Part shown: positions 23,035 to 36,900 of the stretch, piece after piece
How the letters are laid out: the number at the start of each line of letters is the position of its first letter
Numbering within the stretch: the first letter of the stretch is position 1
NCBI RefSeq assembly: GCF_037042905.1
Contig: NC_087252.1
Coordinates: forward strand, 17,176,001 to 17,240,000
Origin: Lytechinus pictus
Lineage: Eukaryota
Direction of reading: 5' to 3'
DNA: 64,000 nucleotides
Notes under the pieces: model-generated
Told to the model about the DNA's origin: nothing
Database searches by the model: none
Seen by the model: only the letters and a program-made list of their open reading frames with translations
Made by a program: the position numbers and the translations under genes

Positions 23035-25284
23035 TTCTATTTTTCATACTACATATTAAACAGTTTCCTCTTGGAACCAGGGGGTCCATGTACAAAGCTG
23101 ATTACAGAATTCAGAAGTCAAGAGGTTAACCCATTGCTTACTAGCGAGCGGTGGTTCCTGTACGATTCCTATGGGGATTAAACAATTCAGTAGTCGACAG
23201 GTTAACACGTTGAGTACTGATAAGAAGTGGTCTCTTTACACTGCATTTAGTAATTGAAATTTTCACCAGTCAACAGGTTAACCCATTTCGAACCTGGTGG
23301 TTCCTGTGAAAAGCCTATGGAAATCGTAGAATTCAGTAGTCATCCATCTGCCTACCAAAACCACTTGATCTGTGTACTCTATTCAAAGCCAATAAGGATA
23401 ATGACAAAATCCAATTGACATTGGGTTTACACCGTATATCTATGGTTTAAGAATAGGGGGGAAATGAAGTGAAAAATGTAAAATTTTTATATGATTTTCA
23501 TGTTTAAAAAGGTACAATTTTGGGGCTGGTTGCCTTCTAACTCGCAACAAGTTAGAATATCTCCCCATATACCATGTACATGTCCTACCCCCTCAAAATT
23601 TATGATTCATTACACTACTGTGCGTAGGCATGGATTGACCTCCGTGGCAAAAAGGTTATTGCTTTTCTTGTGAACTAAAAAAAAATGTTACAAAGTCAAC
23701 CAACCAACTTCTGAAGATAGTAAACTAATCTGCAGATGTTTGATAATACTTATGTCCATGCACTGTTTTTTTACAGATCTGGTGCTAGACAATTGTACCT
23801 TAAATGCAATGGCTTTTTGATCAATCTGTTCACGAGCTGGGACCTCAGAACGCCCCGGTTTTAGATATTTTATATGCACCATTTTTGAAAGGTCTGATAT
23901 TGGAAACTCCCTGGCTAGATAATGCTTAGTATGCACTACTTTTTAAATATATCTTCCAATAACCAAATACAGATTTTCACCAACGCCTTCATGAAGCTTT
24001 TTATGCATCTGTACGTCATACCTCGCCTCTTTTACCTCCGTACATGTATAAAAACAAATGTTTTGGGGTTATTTTTATACTGTTTTTTATATAATGATTT
24101 TGACTTTTTACCTATCATGACGACAGAATAGGGATTTAATAACAACAAAAAGTGTTTTGTACTGATTGTATATAGAGACATGAGTTTGCAAGATGTCAGT
24201 GTTATGATGAAACTAATAAATAGATGATCATGATAGTTAGTGAACTGTTATTTGTATATTCTATGGAGTGAAATCTAGATTTACGGTAGCTTGTATTTAA
24301 CCTCTTCACTTTGAAACAAGAAAGGGGATTAAAGGAGAGCAAACTGACCAATACTCTGCGTGGTCAGATAATTAGTCTTGAAAAAAAGACATTTTCAGAT
24401 AACCATCAATAATACAGAGAATTAATTAGCCTATAGTTTCATTCATATAGATGGAGACTAAAATATTTTCGAGAAGAAAGTTCTTGTGTTCCTACTTGGT
24501 AACATAATTAGTGTGGTATGAATGTATTGAGTGGTGAATTAGTGTTTTTCATTCAAGTAGGCCTATTATACAAGACTACACAGCGCAGAATGATGCATTA
24601 TTGCTGGCGAGATGAGGGGTAGTTGAGAACTTCAGGTGGCGCTATAACAGATGCTGGTTCGTTCCCGCTTTAAATGCTAAGTTGGTTCTAATTGAGAAAT
24701 AACAGAGACAATACTGAAGGATTTCATCCAAATCAACTGTGAAATAAGGATTGAATCACAATCTGATTTCTTTAAGGGACGTAACGCCTAAATTATTTAA
24801 CAAGCTTTTGTCGCCATACCTACATGTAGGCTATGGCAAGCCCTCAACTCAATCACATTTCTTGATATTAACAATTGCCTTTTGTTAACAATACAAATGA
24901 TTCTGGCTTGATATACAAAAAAAATAAGTCTTTGAAATTTTGTGTTGACAAAATGCAATTCGTAATATCAAGAAGTGCATGATTGATAAAAAAATAAATT
25001 AAGGAGAAAACAGCTGGCCACGTGTGAACAGAACATCGGCATAAGGCCGGCTAAAACGTTGAGGTGTGACATACTGCCATCTTTTAACATGAATGGACAA
25101 TTGTAGGCTTACATGTACATAAAGATCTGACATGAGGAACTCGTGGTTAATAGTGTATTTCACAGATGCTTTCTGCAACATTCAGAATTTATCGAAGATG
25201 CTTGCCAATCACAATGGACAGATTAGAGGTCATTGTCGAAAGTTGGTGGACCGAATCTTAAAACTTTGACCAGACGAAAAATAC

Positions 25285-25940
25285 ACAGATACTGCCTACC
25301 TCGAGTTTGAATATATCATTTCATTTCCCCAACGGAGATATATTTTTCCCCAAGGGATTATATTTTGCCCGAAGCACGCAGCGCTGAAGGGAAATATTCT
25401 CCCGAGGGTAAAATATAACTTTGGAGGGGATTTAAATTGTTATTTATAAAAAAATATAGACCAGGCAATATCTATCATATCATATAGTCTATGTAGATTC
25501 GCCATCAGAATCTGTACTGATCATATGGCTTTATAATTAACTCGAAATGCTTACAATGTTGCAGCTCTGATCATTATCCAGCATCTACGTCATAATAATT
25601 TTTATTTTTAATTAATATAGCAAGCGTATTCTTCATGCAATCGACGCGAAAGCAATAGCATGTACAACTAAATGATTATGGCTAATGTAACTTATGAGCA
25701 GCGAGTGACGTCACCTAAGTAAATATAACGCCGCAATTGACAATACAACGCAGTTATATTCACTGAGGTGACGTCAAAACCTAATATAGAACAAATGCGA
25801 TCCTCATAGCTATGGTCACGTGATGGCGTATTGAACTATCACTGATTCAAATGTAATATAACAAATCCGATCCTTGCAGCTATCATCACGTGATGGCGTA
25901 TTGACCTATCACTTATTCGAATCTACGTAGCCTATGTAAT
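25285..25940 (+). mobile_element. Older copy of bipartite element A (see 28592)
   Basis: Colinear similarity to 28592-29147 from ACAGATACTGCCTAC to CGAATCTACGTAGCCTATGTAATA; partial copy at ~44675-44762. Confidence 0.75.
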
Positions 25941-26399
25941 ACCTGCAAATACCAGTCTTGGACGACACTGCTGTTTTGATTGACCAATTGTCGACAATGC
26001 TGTTGGCAAAAGATTATTGGTGTTATAGAAAGCATCTGCGAGGGGATTGCTAAAATGCCCTAATATGAGATAACAAAATACACATAATGCCATTCAAGTT
26101 GTAATAAAGATATACCCTGTTTATTTGATAAGAAAGGTATCATACACATACATACAGTACCCATATGTTATATACAAAGACATTTAGTTGACAAATTTCC
26201 TTCAATCCCAATGAGTTTGGCTTTTGTAAGCAAAATTTGGTGAGCACTGCCATTGTAGACACTGCTCAGCTGTATAATGATGATAATATACTGGTTTATA
26301 TATGCTCAGAAACTATGTGCATATGTTCTACTGCGCTGCAATTAAGAGCTAATGATATGCTTGAGAACAGATTTAGAAAAAGGGAAAAAGAAATGTATG

Positions 26400-26740
26400 G
26401 GGATTATTTGAACAGATAGGTTTTTAGTATAAGTTTGAAAGTTTCTACTGATGGACAGGATCTTATTACATATGGCAAACCATTCCATAACTTTGGGGAT
26501 GCACAGGCAAAAGCACGATCTCCCAAAGTCATCTTTGTATTACGAGTGGGATGTGAAGGAGCAAATTATCATGAGAACTGCGCAGGTTGTGAGAGTGTCT
26601 GTGAACAATCCTTTGTAAAAGCTCAGAAATATAGCTGGGGGCTTGGCCACTTAGTGCCTTGTATTCGATAAACGAAATCTTGAAAGATATTCGTTGGCGA
26701 ACTGGAGGCCAGTGCAGGTCTTTTAAGACAGGGGCGATCC
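26400..26740 (-). mobile_element. L2-clade LINE 3' end
   Basis: Minus-strand LHWPPVRQRISFKI and TLGDRAFACASPKLWNGLP...FKLILKTYLF; absent from the paralogous site near 54470. Confidence 0.85.
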
Positions 26741-27862
26741 TTGAAAATCTAGATTGTCTAAAAATCTAGAACTTCGTGTAGAAAATTGAAATGACTGGAG
26801 AACCAGTATAACTATATTTCTGTATCCATCTATATTACTGTATTATTATTTCCCTTTTGCATCCGTGCCTCATCGCACTTAATATTCAACATTACCAGAA
26901 ATTGTTAATTTATTATTTTTACTGGATTTTCTGCATTTCATTCATAAATCAATATAAGTCAATATCTTCACCTAATAACAAGAATATAAATGAATACAGT
27001 TTAAATTTGACAATCAAAGAGATAAATGATACTGGCAAAGATTGATAGTTATGTTTAAAATTATGTGACGGTTGAGTTGGGTAATAAACTACAGGGACTA
27101 TAAACATAAAACTTCTTGAAGCAATAGCAGCCAGGAGGGCTACATGAAAACCGTGATGAAATATTTAACAAATTGCTGTCACAAGATATAAAATATTGAT
27201 GAGAAACTTGGTGGAAGAAATATGAATAAATATATATATATTTACATGTATATAATATTTGATAGTTGCTGACAAGCCTTCTGCCGACATTCTGTACAAC
27301 TTTTAAACAACTCGAAATACATACAAATAATACTTCTTCATGATCATATGATGTACAAACATAATTAATATATACAGTATCCAACAAAAGTCAATACACC
27401 CGCATTTAAACATATTGAAAATTGCATTCAAACCTGTTAGAATTATGTCAAACACAATGCTGTATAAGACATTGTTTGTGTTGTACATTGTTTAATATGA
27501 GTAGAGGCTTGAAATAAGTAAATGTACATTAAGCGACAACTCGATTTCTGAATTAAAATTTACTTATTTGGCATGTCACGAACTTTCTAGGTAGAAACAA
27601 ACAGGTATTCTGTGAAAGCAAATGCATATATATGACAAGCAAACTGGGAGAGATACTTGATGTTGATGATTTGTTACACACCTCAACTGTATAAATAAAT
27701 AAATATACGTATATACGTATAATATATACATACATATATATATATATTTATATACATATATCTAAATGAGGCCCATTGTAATAAGCAATTTCATGACCAG
27801 TGTAGGAATTATCGAGGTTGTATATCAGCCTGAGTAAAGAGCTAACCTTTAGCTTGGTTAGA

Positions 27863-27955
27863 TTATTGTTTTTCCATCAGCAAAGTGAGTGATTCTAAGA
27901 ATGAATCAGGATCCTTGTGAAGCTTTCCATTCAATTTGAATTTTCCTTCGCTGAT
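27863..27955 (-). CDS. NLR probable terminal exon (ISEGKFKLNGKLHKDPDSFLESLTLLMEKQ*)
   Basis: Strong acceptor ttttattccttccctcAG, phase 0, 30 codons then TAA. Confidence 0.65.
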   Translation of the reverse strand: MSEGKFKLNGKLHKDPDSFLESLTLLMEKQ

Positions 27956-30900
27956 CTGAGGGAAGGAATAAAAGCAACATTTGAGACAGTCATATACGAT
28001 TCATTTGATTTTCTCATTTTGCAGTTTTGCCCTTTTTAAATAAAACTATAAATTTTCACTTTATGCCATTGAGATGTTTTCCAAAGAAATAAGTTGTCAG
28101 TATAAAAACATGTTCTTTAATGTATAACACTATGAAGTCAAATAGCATATTTTCATTATTCCATATTTTCAAACATGGTGTTGGTATAACATAGAAGTAA
28201 ACATACCCTCAAGAATGGAGCCTGCTCAATCAGATGACGACAGAACTCCTTCTGTTTAACAACCCCAATTAGTTCCAGGTTAATTAGGTTTGGTAGGGAG
28301 GATAATGCTTCTACAAGGTGACATGAACTGATGAAGAGGCTGATGATAGATCCTTATCCATCATAATCTGAAGAGTATGGACCTGCAAGTGTACATACAT
28401 CATATACATTGATAACTAAACGTACATATATACATATCACATGGTATGATCATGCTGTAATACTGGTTCGTAGCATAGGCGTCACACGTAATTAGAGCGT
28501 GGGGGACACAAGTTCAAAGAGGATGGGAGCGGGGATCGAAGGTTCGTTCAGAGGATATAGAAGGCGGTGTTTACAAGGTTTGTGGCATAATATACAGATA
28601 TTGCCTACTTAAAGTTTGAATATAACATTTCCACTACCCGACGGAGTTATATTTTTCCCCAAGGGAATATACTTTACCCGAAGCGCGCAGCGCTGAGGGA
28701 AAATATTCTCCCGAGGGAAAAATATAGCTTCGGAGGGGAGTTGAAATGTTATTTATTAAAAAGATAGACCAGGCAATATCTGTTATATTATGAAGTCTAT
28801 GTGGATTCGCCATCAGAGATTGCATTCATCATCTGGCTCCTACCTGAAATTCTTGCTACAGCTCTGATCTATCTACGTCATAATAGAAGAATGCATAGCG
28901 CGTTCTTCATACAATCGACGCGTTTAAACTAGCGCGTACATCAAATTATCTACCTGATTACGCAACTTGTAAGCAGCGAGTGACGTCACCTTAGTGGATA
29001 TAACGCCGCGATTGACAATACAACGCAGTTATATTCACTTAGGTGACGTAAAAACCCAGAATATAACAAATGTGATCCTCGCAGCTATGGTCACGTGATG
29101 GCGTATTGACCTGTCACTGATTCGAATCTACATAACCTATGTAATATTGATTATTATATCCTACATAGAGTAAATCATGTATAGTGATTGGTTCAAGTAG
29201 CATCATGTGACCTGATATATTTCAACTATGATGTTGCGTGACGTCAGACCTCGATATATTTTTGGATATATCGAGGTCTGACGTCATTATTTCGCAAAAC
29301 TGGATATCTAGCTAAACTCTCGGGCGCACCGGCCAGCGCGCTCTCTCTCCCGGGCAAGTCCAGCGATGCGTCGGCGCAGGCACTAATCTCAGTGCGTTCC
29401 GCTGAGCGCGGTGGCTCGGAGAAAAGTAGGTAATTCAACTCAAGTAACCGGACTTTGCAAGCTCAACACATAGATTTTGGTTGTAAATTACCAAAAGTAG
29501 GATATAAAACAAATATACCAGGCGTTTCATTCGAAAGCATAGTGGGAATTATTAATCCTCGGTTGGACTGGCAAAACTACTATATTTCCCTCGGGGCTTC
29601 GCCCCTCGGGGAAAAATAGTAACTGCCAGACCAACCTCGGATAAATAATTCCACTATACTTTCTCAAAGCCTGATATATTTGTTTAATATATCCACCAAC
29701 CTCCCGATATACATTTGATTTATATCCTACTTTTAATAATTTATAACCAAAATCTATGCGCTGAGCATGCAAAGTCCTGTTACTTGCGTTGAATTACCTA
29801 CTTTTCTCCGAGCCACCGCGCTCAGCGGAACGCAGATTAGTGTCTGCGCCAAAGGTCTGCGCTGACGCATCGCGCTGGACTTGCGCGCCCGGGAGAGAGA
29901 GCGCGCAAGCCGGTGCGCCGAGATATCCAGTTTTGTGAAATAATGACGTCATAATATTGGTATGTCCAAAAATATATCGAGGTCTGACGTCACGCAACAT
30001 CATAGTTGAAATATATTAGGTCACATGATGCTACTTGAACCAATCACTATACAGGATTTACTCTATGTAGGATATAATAAACAAATATATTAGGCTTTGA
30101 GAAAGTATAGTGGAAATATTTATCCGAGGTTGGTCTGGCAATTACTATTTTTCCCCGAGGGAAATATAGTAGTTTGCCAGTCCAACCGAGGATTAATAAT
30201 TCCCACTATGCTTTCGAATGAAACGCCTGATATATTTGTTTTATATCCTACTTTTAATAATTTATAACCAAAATATATGCGCTGAGCATGCAAAGTCCTG
30301 TTACTTGCGTTGAATTACCTACTTTTCTCCGAGCCACCGCGCTCAGCGGAACGCAGATTAGTGTCTGCGCTGACGCATCGCGCTGGACTTGCGCGCCCGG
30401 GAGAGAGAGCGCGCAAGCCGGTGCGCCGAGATATCCAGTTTTGTGAAATAATGACGTCAGAATATTGGTATATCCAAAAATATATCGAGGTCTGACGTCA
30501 CGCAACATCATAGTTGAAATATATTCGGTCACATGATGCTACTTGAACCAATCACTATACAGGATTTACTCTATGTAGGATATAATATACAGATATTGCC
30601 TACTTAAAGTTTGAATATAACATTTCCACTACCCGACGGAGTTATATTTTTCCCCAAGGGAATATACTTTACCCGAAGCGCGCAGCGCTGAGGGAAAATA
30701 TTCTCCCGAGGGAAAAATATAGCTTCGGAGGGGAGTTGAAATGTTATTTATTAAAAAGATAGACCAGGCAATATCTGTTATATTATGAAGTCTATGTGGA
30801 TTCGCCATCAGAGATTGCATTCATCATCTGGCTCCTACCTGAAATTCTTGCTACAGCTCTGATCTATCTACGTCATAATAGAAGAATGCATAGCGCGTTC

Positions 30901-33900
30901 TTCATACAATCGACGCGTTTAAACTAGCGCGTACATCAAATTACCTGATTACGCAACTTGTAAGCAGCGAGTGACGTCACCTTAGTGGATATAACGCCGC
31001 GATTGACAATACAACGCAGTTATATTCACTTAGGTGACGTAAAAACCCAGAATATAACAAATGTGATCCTCGCAGCTATGGTCACGTGATGGCGTATTGA
31101 CCTGTCACTGATTCGAATCTACATAACCTATGTAATATTGATTATTATATCCTACATAGAGTAAATCATGTATAATGATTGGTTCAAGTAGCATCATGTG
31201 ACCTGATATATTTCAACTATGATGTTGCGTGACGTCAGACCTCGATATATTTTTGGATATATCGAGGTCTGACGTCATTATTTCGCAAAACTGGATATCT
31301 AGCTAAACTCTCGGGCGCACCGGCCAGCGCACTCTCTCTCCCGGGCAAGTCCAGCGATGCGTCGGCGCAGGCACTAATCTGCGTTCCGCTGAGCGCGGTG
31401 GCTCGGAGAAAAGTAGGTAATTCAACTCAAGTAACCGGACTTTGCAAGCTCAACACATAGATTTTGGTTGTAAATTACCAAAAGTAGGATATAAAACAAA
31501 TATACCAGGCGTTTCATTCGAAAGCATAGTGGGAATTATTAATCCTCGGTTGGACTGGCAAAACTACTATATTTCCCTCGGGGCTTCGCCCCTCGGGAAA
31601 AAATAGTAATTGCCAGACCAACCTCGGATAAATAATTCCACTATACTTTCTCAAAGCCCGATATATTTGTTTATTATATCCTACATAGATTGAATCCTGT
31701 ATAGTGATTGGTTGAAATAGCATCATGTGACCAAATATATTTCAACTATGATGTTGCGTGACGTCAGACCTCGATATATTTTTGGATATACCAATATTCT
31801 GACGTCATTATTTCACAAAACTGGATATCTAGCTAAACTCTCGGGCGCATGCACCGGCCAGCGCGCGTTCTCTCTCCCTGGCAAGTCCAGGGATGCGCAT
31901 ATCGAAAACTTGTATGCAGTGTACCGGACATGTAAAAACATAGCAGACGACGTTTGCAGACCTCGCGATCATCGTATGACTAGTGGTGCGGAATGTTCCA
32001 TTGCGGCTTTATGGGGGAAATAGCATTACAGAGGGATAAAATGTAAACACAGATAATGTTTCAGCGTTGATTCGCAATATTTTGAGTCAATTTTCATGAA
32101 TTATCGTTGTTTGAACATTTAAACATCATTATAAAATGAAAGAAATAAGCAAAACTTAATTTTCAGACTTAGCTATGCAGTGGTAAGCTAGGATGCACCC
32201 CTCGTATACATAATGGACCCGTCACGAGTGTAGGTTTGCTCTTCGGACATCACTATCACAAAGAAAATCTCCTCTGATTTGAGGATAAAAGTGCCCTATT
32301 TCCTTATTAACCAATCTCCATGGTTTTTTCATGAGTATTTGCCTTACAATGTGCCCTTTATTGTAATTTGGGCGGAAATTCTTGATATCACCACCCACCG
32401 ATGTGACGACGGATATAATCCACCCGGGTACTATAAAAATGTCCCCCAAACCCATTATCCCAATACATATTCCTGACTATGGATGGTTTTTAGTGATTTT
32501 AATGTAATAAAGTGCCATATTTCCCACCAATTGAATGTAAAAAAAATTATGGTCATCTGATAGAAGAAGTTGTTACCATTCATTTCAGGGGGGCGGAAAT
32601 TCTATCTGAATCAACGCTTGTCCTTGATACACATTTGTTTGTGAAAAAAGGGTATAATGCAAGGGAATTCTGCGTGTTATGAGGGTGCGCGCGTGCAGCG
32701 AGGACCTTCTGTCCGCTAGTTTTCCATATGCGGCGCATGCACTAATCTGCGTTCCGCTGAGCGCGGTGGCTCGGAGAAAAGTAGGTATTAATTCCATTAA
32801 TTCAATGCAAACGGACTTTGCAAGCTCAGCGCATAGATTCTGGTTCTGTATTTTTATAAGTAGGATATAAAGCAAATATATCAGGCGTTTCATTCGAAAG
32901 CATAGTGGGGATTATTAATCCTCGGTTGGTCTGGCAAATCTACTATTTTTCCCTCGGGGCTTCGCCCCTCGGGAAAAATAGTAATTGCCAGACCAACCTC
33001 GGATAAATAATTCCACTATACTTTCTCAAAGCCTGATATATTTGTTTAATATATCCACCAACCTCCCGATATACATTTGATATCAGAAACAATGAAATGA
33101 TAGGCTGAATAAAACATGAGTAAACAAAAGGTTAAATGTTTGCATTGTTTCCTACAAGCAAAAATGTTTCATAATGCACAACTTACTTCATCATAATTTC
33201 CATATCTAAATATTTTTTGGATCCAAAAGGTGAGGGGTATATGAAAGAAAGGACTGCAAAGGCACGCTCATCTTGGTTTCATAAAACCCCGTCACAAGTA
33301 GGTTCCCCCCTAAATAATCCCATCAAATCTGCCAGTGTAACAAATTATCAAGTTGAAACCAAGCTTGGGATATAGCTAGGGTTGTTAGGAATCATATTCT
33401 CGAAAATTAGAGATTTCCGTGACTTAACAGCTGAATGAGAACAACACAAGCAGAAAATGACGCACTTTCAAAATCAGCAAAAGATAACTTGTTATCAGAC
33501 AGTATACTCGGCATGCTCAGTGTACCAAGATGGCAAATGGTGCGACCTTGGCAATGCTTTTAAACTGCATTCCACTTCATGTTTGATAACATTAAAAATG
33601 AACTGACGTGAATTTAAAGGACAAGTCCAGCCTAACAAAAAGTTTATTTGAATAAAAAGAGAAACTCCAACAAGCATAATGCTGAAGATTTCATCAAAAT
33701 ACCTGTAGCTCATGAATCACCCTTATTGTGACCTCAACGCGCATGGCGTAAATATGCGCAGATAGGGATATGCGCACAAACATAACTGGGGGACATCCTT
33801 AGACAAAATAGCATTAGTTCAATGGTTTATGTATTCAATTAATTATGTTACAACGGAACTTCACAAGCTTTAGAAATGATCCAGTGTATTTTGGAACCAG

Positions 33901-36900
33901 ATATGAATAACATATGTTGCGTTTGGTGAGCTGAAAGCGGGCTATTATAGTAAGTGTAGGGTATAGAATTTGTGGCGCACATGGGGTGGGGGTGATGGTT
34001 TTGAACATGTCCAAATCCTTTATGCGTGGATATCTTATCAATCATAAAAGATGTCAATGGATACACAGGCTTTTTTGTTTTGTTTTGTGTTCAAATTGTG
34101 CTTATTTCATGGATTGTATTGTGGTTGATAATGGGCGTTTTTTAGAGAGGTAGTGGTTTGAAGCTATGTTAGGATGCTGAGGATAAGATCAGGTTTCACT
34201 GCCCATGTTAATCATTAATTAAAGAGCAGAGAACGTTTGGCTGGAAAAAGGACAGTAAGTTGTTGATCAGAAAATTTGGGTGGTGAGAGGATGCATTGCC
34301 CATACAGGGAATACATCCTCTCACCTTGTGTTTTTTTAGATTGGAAGTGAATGTTGGGGTAGTTAGTGTACTCACTTTAGTTGGATATGTTTATGTGTGG
34401 ATGTTTCCGAAGTCCTACCCTGCCTGCTAAGTTAGTGGTGGGCGCATGGGCGAGGATCGGCCGAGGCAGGTGCGCGCGCCTGCCCAATCGCCTAGCCCTA
34501 GCTTAAAAAAATTCCAATCTTATCAACTAGAAACTTTCACTACAGGATAATTTTTGACCGCTTTTTCTGGTAGTGATATCAGATTTTCACGATATTAAGT
34601 ACTTTCTGAGATATACGAACGTCCACGAAATATGGTCACGCGCGAAGTAAGGTCACACGACCATACTTTTCACTTACCCATCACCCTGAATGATACGGCG
34701 AACAATGTCAATAATGACCCACATATGCGATATGCAGTGATATGTGAGGCACTAAATATAGCTGCGTTTTCTTTTCCGAATATTTCCGAATAAAAAACGT
34801 GTACGATGATCAAAACGAACAAGATAATTCTCAAATCGGAAAGTACCCGAGAGCAATTTACACTATGAGAAAACCTACTAAAAACAACAACGCCTGAGTA
34901 TTCATTGAAAATAAAGAATAATAGATTAGTTGCTATTGATACACATTCTTTTGTACGCACAGATATCGCCCGCCGATGAAACTTAAACCGGCTTTACGAG
35001 TTTTCTTGGACAATCATGTTGAGCATCTTTGAAAGGAAGTGGCTCCCCCGAACGTATTATGGTACAGGGGTAAAAAAAAAAAAACGTCATCAATCACGTG
35101 ACATATAATAAAAAACCGTATTTTCTTTGTAATCAGTTTAAACTTTTTTAATTTCAAGTCAGTGATATGGAAACCATTAAGTGTTGTATCCATGTATTTC
35201 CCCCAAAATATGAAAAATGCCAACATAAAAAACGAGCGTTATTTAGTGACGACAAAGATTCTGTTAACGAAAGTATATGAAATGTTCCGAAAAAGCTTAA
35301 GATGTGAAGAGCGCCGCACACGGCGTTCCAGGATCAGGGCGTCAAGAGTCAATGTATACTCTCATTAAATTACTTAAACTAAATTCAAAGTCTAGAAAGA
35401 TAAGAGTGTTGATTTGAGTCTCTGTCCTAGGATCTCCTCCTCTTAATAATTACCCGAAGTCTGAACGGGGCCGTGACAGTGCATATTGAAAAGTTATTTA
35501 GTTACATTGTGCATCTTTAGGATCACAAACATTGACCAGGGTCCCGTAACACAAAGGTTAGCAATGATCGTAGAACATTTTTCTACGATTGATTCCATTG
35601 ACTACAATGTACAATCAATCGTAAAAATCAAGCGTACGATCATTCGCTCACCTTTGTGTTACGGGACCCAGAATGTTCAAAATATATACATGAAACCCCC
35701 CCCCCCCCCAAAAAAAAAAAGTAAAAATAGCTCGTGCTTCGCTCTCGGGATATTTTAAAGTGGCTTGTGAGATTATTGCACATTTATGCTGTTTGATAAG
35801 AATAAAGCTAAGAAATGACTGTTAGCTCTACCCCTTCAAAGTAAGAAAAAAAATCGACTTTTAGCGGCCGAGCGGGAAATTATGGTAGAATGCTTTTCGC
35901 CCCCCCCCCCCCCCATTGGCGGAAGCTGGATCCGCCCCTGCAGCCTCATATTCAACGACCTCCTTCCTCTCCTAACTTTTAAATCAGATATTTCTCTTTT
36001 TATTTTCTATATACAAAAATAACTTTTTATCAATACATGTATGAGAGGGTTATGAATGGAAAAAATTGTAAAAAATCCATATTTCTGGATAACCAAATAG
36101 TCGAGGGCAAGAGCACCTTCAATAACAGTATACCTATGCATAATAACTAGATTTCAAGGAAATTTACTTTATACCTAGACTCCTTTATTAATACACATCA
36201 TCTTCAACTAGTCGTGCAAAGACATGGTCTTTATGTATCAATCAGTTAAATTACATCAACATTGCTTCTTATTTTGTACATGGTACAAGTAGAAACAGAA
36301 ATATAAACACACATACCTTTAGGGTTGAAGCCTTTGCATTAAGATGAGAATAAAACTCCTCTTGGAAACCATCTCCTCTTAGTGTCAGGTTATCCAGGTC
36401 AGGTAGGGAGCATATAGCTTCTGCTAGCTGATGTGAAGATGCTGATGATAGAGGCTGAAAATTCCTTATCTCGAAAGTATGGACCTACATAATTTTGTGC
36501 AAACAATGATCATTAAACTGCATGAAAGCATGATCATATTGTATGACTGAAAATAAGCTGATAAATATGATATCAAACTACAGATCAGAAAACATGATCA
36601 TGCTATAGCCGATGTATATTAAATCAAGAACATAATAAATGTGTTTTTTTACACAATATGATTTTTTTAGGGATCCATATAGGAATATACATATTTTGAG
36701 TTGCACTGTAGACTGCATTAGGGCTACGCATTTGTATACACTTTTGAAGGGAGTATATACAACCATGGATGTAAAAAGGATCGGGAGTCACAATTAATTA
36801 TAATGTAGCTTGGGATTTCTATTAAACAATACACACGTGCACTAGAGCCTTTGGTGGCGACCTGTCGTGCCACAAGTTACGGGAAAACTAAAAAGTGTAT

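Noticed and set aside
28634..32893. Repeated short ORFs (MQSLMANP..., MMLRDVRP...) as a gene family
   Set aside because: They recur only because the non-coding A/X/Y modules are duplicated; no recognisable protein motifs.
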